A DNA stretch of 64,000 nt from Patescibacteria group bacterium (lineage in GTDB: Bacteria; Patescibacteriota; Patescibacteriia; Patescibacteriales; JBAZCA01). Below are positions 26,427 to 35,030 of the stretch, in pieces (within the stretch, counting starts at the first letter, position 1; each line of letters opens with the position of its first letter). The notes below the pieces were generated by a model. It was not told the origin of the DNA and did not search any database. It saw only the letters and a program-made list of their open reading frames with translations. Location of the stretch: contig JBAZCA010000001.1 in the NCBI GenBank assembly GCA_041671125.1, positions 72,120 through 136,119 on the forward strand, in the 5' to 3' direction. The position numbers and the translations under genes are program-made.

Positions 26427-27326
26427 CTACTTCTGACATCCTTCGCAAAAAAACGAACTCCTTTGCTTATGCTTTTCCCTTTTCACGATTCCCCGGCAGT
26501 TTTTCCTTTGGCAGACCGCGCCTTCCCGGTTATAGACTTTTAAGACTTCCTGGAAGCCGCCCGGCGCGCCGTCCGTATCCCGGTAATCCGAGTCAGACGT
26601 CCCGCGCAGTTTAACGGCTTTTTTAAGCACATTTTTTATCTCAAGATAGACTTTTTTTATTTCACCGTTTTCCAAATCTTTTGCCCGCCGCTTCGGCATT
26701 ATTCCCGCCTCAAAAAGAATTTCTGAAACATAAATATTGCCGATACCGGCAATAAGGCTTTGTTCCATTAATATATCCCTTACCGCCCATTTTTCTTTTT
26801 TCTTAAGAATCTCCCGGAATTTTTTTAGCGTAAACTCATCCGCTAAAGGCTCAGCCCCGAGCCGCCCTAAATCCGCGTCCGCTTCCAGTTCATCCGCTTT
26901 TAACAATCTTATTTTCGCAAACTTCCTTAAGTCGGAAAATTCCAGCTGAATGTTTTTTTTGCCTTTTTTTAAAAACCAGATGTGATGAATATACTGATTA
27001 ACTTTTTCATTGAAATAACTTTTAACTTTTAACTTCCCGCCCGACTGAACGAATTCAGTCGTTCGGGCGGGTGAACTTTTAACTAATAAATGTCCAGTCA
27101 TCTTTAAATGAACGTGCATGACGACTTTGCCGGACAAATAAAAAAGCAGGTTTTTACCCCGCCGTTTTACTTCAAGGATTTTCTTTCCGCTGATTGCTTT
27201 TTTAAATTTCGCTAAATCAATTTTTACGGCTTTTTTCCAGTCAGTCCAAAAACCCGAAATTACCGCGCCTTTTACTTTGCGGTTCAGATCACCCGCTATA
27301 GTTTCAACTTCCGGAAGTTCAGGCAT
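26427..27326 (-). CDS. fpg: Formamidopyrimidine-DNA glycosylase
   Basis: N-terminal MPELPEVET. H2TH region. C-terminal zinc finger CQRKNCRGIV...FFCEGCQ. Confidence 0.93.
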   Translation of the reverse strand: MPELPEVETIAGDLNRKVKGAVISGFWTDWKKAVKIDLAKFKKAISGKKILEVKRRGKNLLFYLSGKVVMHVHLKMTGHLLVKSSPARTTEFVQSGGKLKVKSYFNEKVNQYIHHIWFLKKGKKNIQLEFSDLRKFAKIRLLKADELEADADLGRLGAEPLADEFTLKKFREILKKKEKWAVRDILMEQSLIAGIGNIYVSEILFEAGIMPKRRAKDLENGEIKKVYLEIKNVLKKAVKLRGTSDSDYRDTDGAPGGFQEVLKVYNREGAVCQRKNCRGIVKREKHKQRSSFFCEGCQK

Positions 27327-27539
27327 GGTTTTTACAGGCTAAGCGGTTTATTCCGCAAATATTCATTTTCGCGCTGACTTTTTTCTTTATGAAACTCGCC
27401 GGAGTCCGGTAAGCGGGTTTTCCTTTTTTACCTCCCACTTTGGCGTAATTTTTCATAACAACCCAAGACGCGTTAAACGCGCAAAAATTCCAAAATAAAT
27501 TTCAATCGTAAATCGTAAATCGGCAATCGTAAATTCCTA

Positions 27540-27621
27540 TGTGGGCCGGGGTGGACTCGCCCGGCATGCGCCGGGCGGGGAGCGCACTTGTCGGGCGCAT
27601 GCCCGATGCTCCCCGAACCAC
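27540..27621 (-). pseudogene. tRNA-Tyr 3' fragment (T-arm plus acceptor 3' strand) with a ~56-nt GC-rich insert in the T-loop
   Basis: 27540-27559 is identical to 27656-27675. gaaccac (27615-21) completes the T-stem. The insert forms hairpins gcccggc-atgc-gccgggc and ggggagc...gctcccc. No 5' half is present. Confidence 0.6.
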
Positions 27622-27657
27622 TTTAGTGTCTCTTCTTGATTTTCGTTTCAATATCTG

Positions 27658-27740
27658 TGGGCCGGGGTGGACTCGAACCACCGAAGGCCGAAGCCAGCAG
27701 ATTTACAGTCTGCCCCAGTTGACCGCTTTGGTACCGACCC
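27658..27740 (-). tRNA. tRNA-Tyr (anticodon GUA), class II with long variable arm
   Basis: GGGTCGG...CCGGCCCA acceptor stem. Anticodon loop CTGTAAA. Variable arm TGGCTTCGGCCTTC. T-arm GGTGGTTCGAGTCCACC. Confidence 0.92.
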
Positions 27741-27986
27741 ATTGTGATTTCCGATTTACGATTTAGAATACGCTGTAAAAACAAAACTAACGCCATTCAG
27801 CGTTTTATGCGTATCCTGTTATTATTAATATCATAATCCGGGATTATTTTCAAGGACTTCGCGGCCATAAACCATTAAGGCAAAAGAAACCGCCAAACAT
27901 CGCCAAAAGCAAAGCGCCCTCCCGTATTATGGAAGAGCGCTTTCAGGCGGTTTAATTAATCCGAAAGCCGTTTCGGCTTAGCGGAA

Positions 27987-28277
27987 TTAATTATGGCCGT
28001 TAAAGTCAAAATCCCGGTTAAGCTCATTTCTTACCCGGATTTCGCCGTCGTTATCCACTTTAACCCTGAATTCCTTTTTCACGTCAAAATCGTTAAAAAG
28101 ACCGTCATTGTCTTTTTTCACTTCAACGCGGAATTCATCATCCTTAACCCTGATTCTTGCTTCATCGTCGTCATGATCATCGCCGCCTCCGCTTCTGCCC
28201 GAAGAGGCCGAAACCGCGGCCGGAACCATTACGGCCGCCATAGCGGCTCCGAGCATTAATTTTTTAGTTAAACCCAT
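27987..28277 (-). CDS. Small secreted acidic repeat protein
   Basis: Signal peptide MGLTKKLMLGAAMAAVMVPAAVSASS. Repeats of the form EFRVxVKKDNDG / EFRVKVDNDGEIRV. Terminator hairpins lie downstream. Confidence 0.5.
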   Translation of the reverse strand: MGLTKKLMLGAAMAAVMVPAAVSASSGRSGGGDDHDDDEARIRVKDDEFRVEVKKDNDGLFNDFDVKKEFRVKVDNDGEIRVRNELNRDFDFNGHN

Positions 28278-28580
28278 ATATTTATTTTGCGCCTGAAAAT
28301 TGATTCATGATCAACATCCAGGCCGGTTAATGTTTATAAGGTAAAATACAATTTCCGCATTTTACCTAAAATAACTGACGAACATCTTTTTCTTCTTTTA
28401 CAGACCCATGTTTTCGCGCCCGAATTTTTTCTTATAACAACCGGCCTTCATTAAGTTTTAACGCGGTCAGGCCAGCCAGCCGTTTGACAATATCCAAAAA
28501 AACATGCAAAATGCAAGCTAACGGCAGAATTCGGTGATCTTTCAATCCAAAACACACAACGTACAAAAGGAGAAAAACGG

Positions 28581-29720
28581 ATGGACAGACAGAAAGTTAT
28601 TTCTTTCGGCAGAGGCGTCCCGGCTACAGAGGCAATAAACCGGGTCAAAAACGAATGGTACCGTATCCAGCCCGAAATCCAGGAAATGTACGGCAATTCA
28701 GGATTTGAATACAAGAGCGCTTTTGGGGACTTCGGCGGAGCCTTCGGCCTGAGAGAATCAATCGCCGAGAGATTCGAAGTGTCCGGAGACCCAAAACAGC
28801 GAGTAATCTGCTCTAATGGCGGAATGGAGATGATTGCTCATGTGATCAATTCGCTTCCGCCCGGGCCGGTTCTTGTGGAGGAAGCAACCTACAACCGAGT
28901 CTTGGAGCATCTCGGACACATCAACAGACAAGCGATTGGCGTGAAGCTCGGAGAGGATGGAATTGATCCTCGCCAACTGGAAGAGACTATAAATACCTAT
29001 AGTCCCGTCGCGCTTTACCGTATCCCATTCCACCAGAACCCGACGGGAATATGCGCAAGCGAAGGGAACCTCTACTATGTGGGCGCTGTCTGTGCACGCT
29101 ACAATATCGTTGACATTGCAGACATTGCTTACATAGATCTCCGCTACGATAGTGCTCTGAATTTTCTCCCCGACACTAGCGCTATCAATCTGAGAAATAC
29201 CATCTTTATCGGCTCATTCTCTAAAACTCTGTCGCCGGGAGCCAAATGCGGATTTGGCATTATCCCGGAATCATTCACAAAAAGAATCCAGTCCGTGGTT
29301 GATAACGCCCGACTCAACCCAAGCTACATCACTCAGTTCACCTATGACCAGATAATGAGGAACGGTTTCTTTGATGAGCAACTCCTTTTCCTTTGGGAGC
29401 TTTACGCGCCCAGAATGAACGCGCTGGACTCATCAATCAGAGACCACCTCTTCTTGAATGTTACGCCTACCACGGGCGGATTTTTCAGATTCCTCGCTCT
29501 GTCGAATATTTCTGATGGCAATGCTCTTGTCCAAGCGGCAAAGGCAAACAATCTGATCATTGAACCAGGGATTGATTGTGTCCCTCTCAACTTCCGCTCT
29601 CAGTACAACGGCAGATTCCCAATCCGACTCACCTTCCCGGCGTTGACACCGGAAGAGATCGTTGAAGGCACTAGACGATTAGCCTGTGCATACGAAGGAG
29701 TGATAGATCTGCCTGTCTAA
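28581..29720 (+). CDS. PLP-dependent aminotransferase, class I/II fold
   Basis: 379 aa. PLP-lysine motif IGSFSKTLSPGAKCGFG. AAGGAG SD 9 nt upstream. Candidate promoter TTGACA(28484)-17-CAAAAT. Confidence 0.75.
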   Translation: MDRQKVISFGRGVPATEAINRVKNEWYRIQPEIQEMYGNSGFEYKSAFGDFGGAFGLRESIAERFEVSGDPKQRVICSNGGMEMIAHVINSLPPGPVLVEEATYNRVLEHLGHINRQAIGVKLGEDGIDPRQLEETINTYSPVALYRIPFHQNPTGICASEGNLYYVGAVCARYNIVDIADIAYIDLRYDSALNFLPDTSAINLRNTIFIGSFSKTLSPGAKCGFGIIPESFTKRIQSVVDNARLNPSYITQFTYDQIMRNGFFDEQLLFLWELYAPRMNALDSSIRDHLFLNVTPTTGGFFRFLALSNISDGNALVQAAKANNLIIEPGIDCVPLNFRSQYNGRFPIRLTFPALTPEEIVEGTRRLACAYEGVIDLPV

Positions 29721-29888
29721 ACCTCCTGCCCAACGGCACGACCGTCGCGTTTAAGGGCAGACTGTTCTTAAAACATTTTAACCAACAACCAGCCTGGCGG
29801 GCATCTATCGTTTCACACCACGTGAAAAGAAGATGTCCCGCCTAGCTTTACTTAAAATGTATTGAAAAGAAAAATAGTTAACACAAAA

Positions 29889-30368
29889 CTATTTTGATAA
29901 AAACCTCGGAAGAGGGTTTTTTTGTTTCAGGGACTTTTTGTATTCTACAATAATCCGGTAATGGTCAAAAGCAAAATCATCTTTCGGCGGAAGATCGTTT
30001 AATTTGCGCCACATAACTTCCGAAACTTCATAATCCGGCGCGCCGGTCTTTTTTAACGCTTCCAATAAAAAAACAAATGCTATATTCTGCCGACCGGCTT
30101 CGTTCCGCTCGGGAGCGTCAACAATGAATAATAATTTTTGAACTTCTGCCTGATAACCGGTTTCCTCCATAACTTCCCTTTTAACCGCCTCTTCCACGCT
30201 CTCGTCATGCTCAATAAAACCGCCGGGCAGGCAATATTTTCCGCCCTGGAACATCTCCGGCGACCGCTTAACGATTAGAATTTCGTCCCCGCGCGTTAAA
30301 ATCGCGTCAACGACAGCGTGCCTCGCGTTATTAACTTCATGTCCGTTTTCAAATTTGCAAGTAATCAT
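29889..30368 (-). CDS. NUDIX hydrolase
   Basis: Nudix box GGKYCLPGGFIEHDESVEEAVKREVMEETG. I prefer ATG 30368 (MITCKF...) to the track start 30470, which overlaps the upstream gene by 86 nt. Confidence 0.85.
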   Translation of the reverse strand: MITCKFENGHEVNNARHAVVDAILTRGDEILIVKRSPEMFQGGKYCLPGGFIEHDESVEEAVKREVMEETGYQAEVQKLLFIVDAPERNEAGRQNIAFVFLLEALKKTGAPDYEVSEVMWRKLNDLPPKDDFAFDHYRIIVEYKKSLKQKNPLPRFLSK

Positions 30369-30384
30369 AAATTTACCATCCTCC

Positions 30385-32034
30385 TCATCCGACTTCGGCT
30401 CGCTCTTCAAAATTAAATCTTCCTCCTCTTGTCTCCGTTGCCGAACCCATAAAGGGTTTGTCCAGCTCAATCATTTCTATCTTTCTCTTCGCGTTATTCA
30501 TAAGAGCGGAAAAAACATATTTTGTAAAACGTTTTCGCGCGTTAAACTTTGGAGTATAGGCGTACATGCATCGCTTTATCACCGCTTCCATTGCCATCAT
30601 GTCATGCGAGTAAAAGGTTAGTTCACTATTTCTTGCTGACCACTCGGTCGCCATTATGCCAATAAAATAAATAATTTTTTCTTCGGCCAGAGTATTGCCG
30701 CTCTTGGCCAGTGTTATTAATTCCCGGTACATTTTTTCCCTCAATTCGTCGTCGCCGGCATCATCATATATTAATAGATAAAGACTGTTCCTGTATTTTT
30801 CAAGAATATTACTCACATCCTCGGGAAAATTACTTAAAGCCAATCTGGGCTTAAACTCTTCATCCAGCGACTCCCTTATTTTTTCCCATCCCGCATTCCC
30901 GTTTTCGCGCTTTGCGACATTATTTCTTAAGTATCTATAAACGTTAGGAGCTTCAATCTCAATATAACTAAGGGAAAAAATCGGAGGATTTTTTTTCTTT
31001 AATACCCTGCTTAATTCAGTCATTGCCTCGCTAAATGTGTATTCACGCTCTTCAGCCGAACCACTGCCCTCATTCTCGTTTATAAACTGCGGCTGCCATC
31101 TTGATTGCCAGTCCCGGGGAAGGATGTCAATTAGCTTTCTCCAATGGATTTTATCAAACTTCCTCGGAAGATATAACCGCCCGAAATCATAAACTTTTCT
31201 CGCGTTATGATATATCCAGCCGGGGCCGAAACTCGGCGGGTTAATTTCCCTTAATTTCTCCTCCAGTAACTCGCCGTTTCCGTACAAATCCCGGTGATGC
31301 CGCGGCTTATAGTCCCATAGCGCGGCCAAATCAGAAGGTAAAAAATCAGGTAATATCCACCAAGCGATATCGCCGTTCGACAAACGCAACTTCTTTTCAA
31401 AAAAAGCTTTGGTCGTGGTATTATGCTTCACCCAAGATGGGTTTATAACCGACGGATTTTCCTCTCTGGCTTTCTTTATAACCTCGTTAACGCAAGTCTC
31501 AAAAGTCCTGTTCCTGTCAATGTTTATTTCTTTATTATGAAACTTTGACTCCCATTCCGATCCCAAAAGAGAAACAAAGTCCGAGTAATCTCTTTTCCCG
31601 TCGATTTTTTCAAAATATCTGTTCTTAATTTGATTAGCCAAGTTTTTATCAAACTTTTTCACCCACGCCCAACCGAAAGATTCCGGTTTTTCCCTTTCTA
31701 AAAGCGCTTTAACCTTTTCCGCGCGTTCTTGCCTGACTTTCTCCTTATCTTTAGCCGCCTTAATATGGGAAAATCTTGACTCCCAAGGCTCGCCTAAAAT
31801 ACTGATAAACCCCAGATAGTCCCTTTGGCCGCCAACAGTTTCATAATAACTTTTTTTTATCCTACCGGCCAATTTATCATCAAATCCTTCCACCCAGCCT
31901 AAACTAAACTTTTCCGGGTTTTCAGCCTCCAGCAAACCAAGCAGTAAGCGCGCGTCGCGTAATTTTATTGCTTCCTTGTCCGGTTTGTCTTCTGTCGGCG
32001 CGCCAATCGCTTCAACCGATCTTATGTTATACAT
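30385..32034 (-). CDS. Hypothetical protein: five ~55-aa Trp-rich repeats plus a sigma70-region-2-like C-terminal segment
   Basis: Repeats such as ENPEKFSLGWVEGFDDKLAGRIKKSYYE...EPWESRF and EKPESFGWAWVKKFDKNLANQIKNRYFE...SEWESKF. Tail DMMAMEAVIKRCMYAYTPKFNARKRFTKYVFSALMNNAKRKI. ATG 32034 preferred over TTG 32088. Confidence 0.6.
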   Translation of the reverse strand: MYNIRSVEAIGAPTEDKPDKEAIKLRDARLLLGLLEAENPEKFSLGWVEGFDDKLAGRIKKSYYETVGGQRDYLGFISILGEPWESRFSHIKAAKDKEKVRQERAEKVKALLEREKPESFGWAWVKKFDKNLANQIKNRYFEKIDGKRDYSDFVSLLGSEWESKFHNKEINIDRNRTFETCVNEVIKKAREENPSVINPSWVKHNTTTKAFFEKKLRLSNGDIAWWILPDFLPSDLAALWDYKPRHHRDLYGNGELLEEKLREINPPSFGPGWIYHNARKVYDFGRLYLPRKFDKIHWRKLIDILPRDWQSRWQPQFINENEGSGSAEEREYTFSEAMTELSRVLKKKNPPIFSLSYIEIEAPNVYRYLRNNVAKRENGNAGWEKIRESLDEEFKPRLALSNFPEDVSNILEKYRNSLYLLIYDDAGDDELREKMYRELITLAKSGNTLAEEKIIYFIGIMATEWSARNSELTFYSHDMMAMEAVIKRCMYAYTPKFNARKRFTKYVFSALMNNAKRKIEMIELDKPFMGSATETRGGRFNFEERAEVG

Positions 32035-32095
32035 AAAGATATTTATTCTGAAATAAATGCCGACCCTAAAAATTTTACCCCGAAACAAACATCGT

Positions 32096-32175
32096 CGGAG
32101 GGTTTTTTGTTTCAGGGACTTTTTGTATTCTAAAATAATCCGGTAATGGTCAAAGGCGAATTCTTCGGCCGGAAG
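32096..32175 (-). pseudogene. Orphan 3' fragment of a NUDIX gene
   Basis: About 88% identical to 29907-29993. Translates to LPAEEFAFDHYRIILEYKKSLKQK, versus LPPKDDFAFDHYRIIVEYKKSLKQK in the intact gene. Confidence 0.75.
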
Positions 32176-32190
32176 TAGGTGATCATAAAT

Positions 32191-33924
32191 CTACCATCCG
32201 CCACCTCCGCCTCCGCCGCCTCCGCCGCCGGCTCCTCCCGCTCCCCCGCCCCCGGACGGAGCCGAAGTGTTAGCGGCAATGGCTGATGACAGGCTTTCTA
32301 TTGACTTATTAAAACTATCGGCGTCAAAAGCGCCGATATGCCCGGCGTACCAGGCCGGAGCGTATGTATTAAAATATTTTTCACCGTAAATTTCTTTCAT
32401 TTTCTTTATCCAGAGCCCGGTGATGCCGAAGACAATGGCGTAAGGGAGAAATTTTTCAAAGATATTTTCTTTTTCATAAAATTCGGCCCGGTGCTTGTCA
32501 ACGGTTTCCATGAACAGCTTAAAGCCTTTTATTTTCCAGTTTGCTTCCGCCCCCTCAGGCGTCCGCTTTGGCATGATGACGGCAAAAATAAAAATAATCA
32601 AGGCCGAAGAAAAGAGACCGGCCGCGAAAAAAATCATCTGAAAAATTCCGGAAAAAACCGCGGCCATAACCAGAAAAACGCCTAAGATAATAAATAGAAC
32701 CTGAAAACGCGATCCCGAAGCCGCGATTAATCCTTTATCGCTGAGAAGTTTTTTTGAGCCGCTTTTTATTCCGGCCAGGCTTTTATAAAATTCATTTTTT
32801 AAATCCGAAAGTTTCACGCTGTCGCCGCCCTTAAACACATTTTCCAGGATGGCTTTCTGCGGCGCGTTTAAGCCGGCCTCAATCCGGGTGTCGGGCTTTT
32901 TTGTCAGTTCATAATCCCTAGAGCTGAACATCAACACTTTCTTTTCAATTTCTTTTACGCTCAGAAGTCCTTTGGCCGCCAGGTTGATTATTTCCGCGGT
33001 TACGAGTTTATTGGAAAAAATTCCGTTAGTCATGAGCATTCCGGTTTCCAAAGGCGTTAAATTTTCCGGCGCCTCGTATTCAGGAATCACGGTCTTATCC
33101 ACCCGCGGATCCCGGCCGTATTTTCGCCAAAAATAATAGCCGACAAAAAAGACAAAAAGCGGAATCAAAGGCCATAGATATTTCCCGTAAATTTCCAGGA
33201 AGCTAAATTCGTAGGGCGTAAAAATGTTTTTAGGAAAAATCACTGAAGCCGTAATTCCCTCTCCGATTTTAAGCGTTCCCTTTGAGCGGAATTCAAGCGT
33301 ATCAGGAGCGATCCGTTGGTAAGCCGCTAAATCTTTAGCTTTGCTTTTGAGCGCTCCGGCGTAATAATCAACCTTTATATCGGCTTCGTCCGCTCCGGAC
33401 GGTAAGATAATTTTCGCCTGAAAATTGTCAATTTCCAAGTCCCAAAAATTACCGCTTAAATTCCAGTACAGCTCGTCAAAATCATCATTAAACCGGATGG
33501 CGTTTTTTACCCGATATTTTATCCGGTAATAATTCACGCCGCTCACTTCAATATCCGGGTCGCCGATTTTCCAGGTTATGGTTTTATCAAAGAAATTCTT
33601 TGTCTCCTTGTATTTCAATTTATGGCCTTCAAAATCGGTAATGCCGATTAATTCCACCGGAGTTTTTACGGCGGTTATTTTTCCATCCGCTGATTCAATT
33701 CTTACTGCATCGGGGAGAATCCGGAATATGCCGTGCTTATCCGAAGCGTTGCCGCAATCGGCAATGATGTTTTCCGTGATGTCCAGGCTGGAATCTTTGT
33801 TAACGATAATTTCCGACTGAAAATCCTTTATATACCAATCAGTAACATTCTCCCGAGCCCGGCCGGTAAGAGGCGCGAACAGCGGGATGAAAATAAAAAC
33901 CAATAAAATGAATTTTTTAAACAT
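32191..33924 (-). CDS. DUF2207-like membrane protein with C-terminal poly-Gly tail
   Basis: Signal peptide, large extracytoplasmic domain, several TMs, and tail GGGGAGGAGGGGGGGGGGGW, which I associate with DUF2207 proteins. Confidence 0.6.
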   Translation of the reverse strand: MFKKFILLVFIFIPLFAPLTGRARENVTDWYIKDFQSEIIVNKDSSLDITENIIADCGNASDKHGIFRILPDAVRIESADGKITAVKTPVELIGITDFEGHKLKYKETKNFFDKTITWKIGDPDIEVSGVNYYRIKYRVKNAIRFNDDFDELYWNLSGNFWDLEIDNFQAKIILPSGADEADIKVDYYAGALKSKAKDLAAYQRIAPDTLEFRSKGTLKIGEGITASVIFPKNIFTPYEFSFLEIYGKYLWPLIPLFVFFVGYYFWRKYGRDPRVDKTVIPEYEAPENLTPLETGMLMTNGIFSNKLVTAEIINLAAKGLLSVKEIEKKVLMFSSRDYELTKKPDTRIEAGLNAPQKAILENVFKGGDSVKLSDLKNEFYKSLAGIKSGSKKLLSDKGLIAASGSRFQVLFIILGVFLVMAAVFSGIFQMIFFAAGLFSSALIIFIFAVIMPKRTPEGAEANWKIKGFKLFMETVDKHRAEFYEKENIFEKFLPYAIVFGITGLWIKKMKEIYGEKYFNTYAPAWYAGHIGAFDADSFNKSIESLSSAIAANTSAPSGGGGAGGAGGGGGGGGGGGW

Positions 33925-34137
33925 AATATTTTTTATGTTTTAAGCTTATTCTCACCTAAGCTTATCACCAAATCTCCTTAAACTCAATAAAACCGCCAGG
34001 CGTAAAATCCGCGAAGGGCGTCCCTTAATCAAAAATTAACTTTTAAGCTGTAGCATAAAGCCATGATTTAATACGTTTAACATACTTAATTCATTAAGGT
34101 TCTTTATGGCATTAGCCGAGAGAACCGAAAAGCATTT

Positions 34138-34953
34138 ATGAAGAACAAAAACCTGGCGATCGCCATTATCATCGGCGTCATCGTCATCGCCGGCCTCGTC
34201 TGGCTCGCGTCCCGGAACGCTAACGCTCCGGAAAACAACGGAACGCAAAACCCGCCCGCTTCCGTCGGCCCCGGCGCCATGAAATTCGCGGAAAACGAAA
34301 AACTCGGCAAGATCCTTACCGACGGCAAAGGCATGACCCTCTATTATTTTTCCAAAGACGTTTTGGGAAAATCAAACTGCTTCGGCGGCTGTGTAACCGC
34401 CTGGCCGCTTTATAATCCGGCCTCCTTTACCGCTCCGGCCGGAACGATTGCCGCCGATTTCACGAACATTAACCGCGGCGACGGAACGAGTCAGCTCGCC
34501 TACAAAGGCTGGCCGCTTTACTATTATTTCCAGGATAAAAACCCGGGCGATACTTTAGGCGAAAACGTCGGTGAAGTCTGGTTCGTTATTCCGGATCCGT
34601 TTTATAACGTCATGATCGTTAATAAAGAGCCGCACGGCAATTACCTTTCCGACGAAAAAGACATGGCCCTTTACTATTTTACCAATGACGCGAAAGGGAC
34701 GGCCACCTCATCGCCGGTATCAAACTGCTCGGGACAGTGCCTCGTAAACTGGCCGCCGTTCTACGAAAAAATTGAAAACCTTGTAATTCCTTCTACTATG
34801 AAAAAAACTGATTTCACTGAACTAAAAACGCCTGACGGAAACGATATTCTGGCCTACAAAGGCCTCCCGCTCTATTACTACATTAACGACAAAAACCCTG
34901 GCGAAACCAACGGGCAGAATGTCGGCAATGTCTGGTTCCTTGTTAAGCCGTAA
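34138..34953 (+). CDS. Secreted repeat protein with Yx(FWY)xxD motifs (COG4315-like)
   Basis: Four repeats: MTLYYFSKD, WPLYYYFQD, MALYYFTND, LPLYYYIND, with C-x2-C...WP segments. N-terminal TM anchor. Confidence 0.7.
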   Translation: MKNKNLAIAIIIGVIVIAGLVWLASRNANAPENNGTQNPPASVGPGAMKFAENEKLGKILTDGKGMTLYYFSKDVLGKSNCFGGCVTAWPLYNPASFTAPAGTIAADFTNINRGDGTSQLAYKGWPLYYYFQDKNPGDTLGENVGEVWFVIPDPFYNVMIVNKEPHGNYLSDEKDMALYYFTNDAKGTATSSPVSNCSGQCLVNWPPFYEKIENLVIPSTMKKTDFTELKTPDGNDILAYKGLPLYYYINDKNPGETNGQNVGNVWFLVKP

Positions 34954-35030
34954 GAAACGCGCCTGATAATTATAATTTTTTTCGCCGGACAATAATTCAG
35001 CTTGCATGATTATTGTCCGGCGTCCGCCTT

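Noticed and set aside
27540-27628. Possible second complete tRNA (or intron-containing tRNA) next to tRNA-Tyr
   Set aside because: Only the T-arm and 3' acceptor strand are present. No 5' acceptor strand, D-arm or anticodon arm can be found upstream. Treated as a fragment.
32191-32260. GC-rich (ccgcc/tccgcc)n low-complexity tract considered as a repeat or phase-variation element
   Set aside because: It encodes the poly-Gly tail of the DUF2207-like protein. The tract is an imperfect mixture of GGN codons rather than a pure microsatellite.
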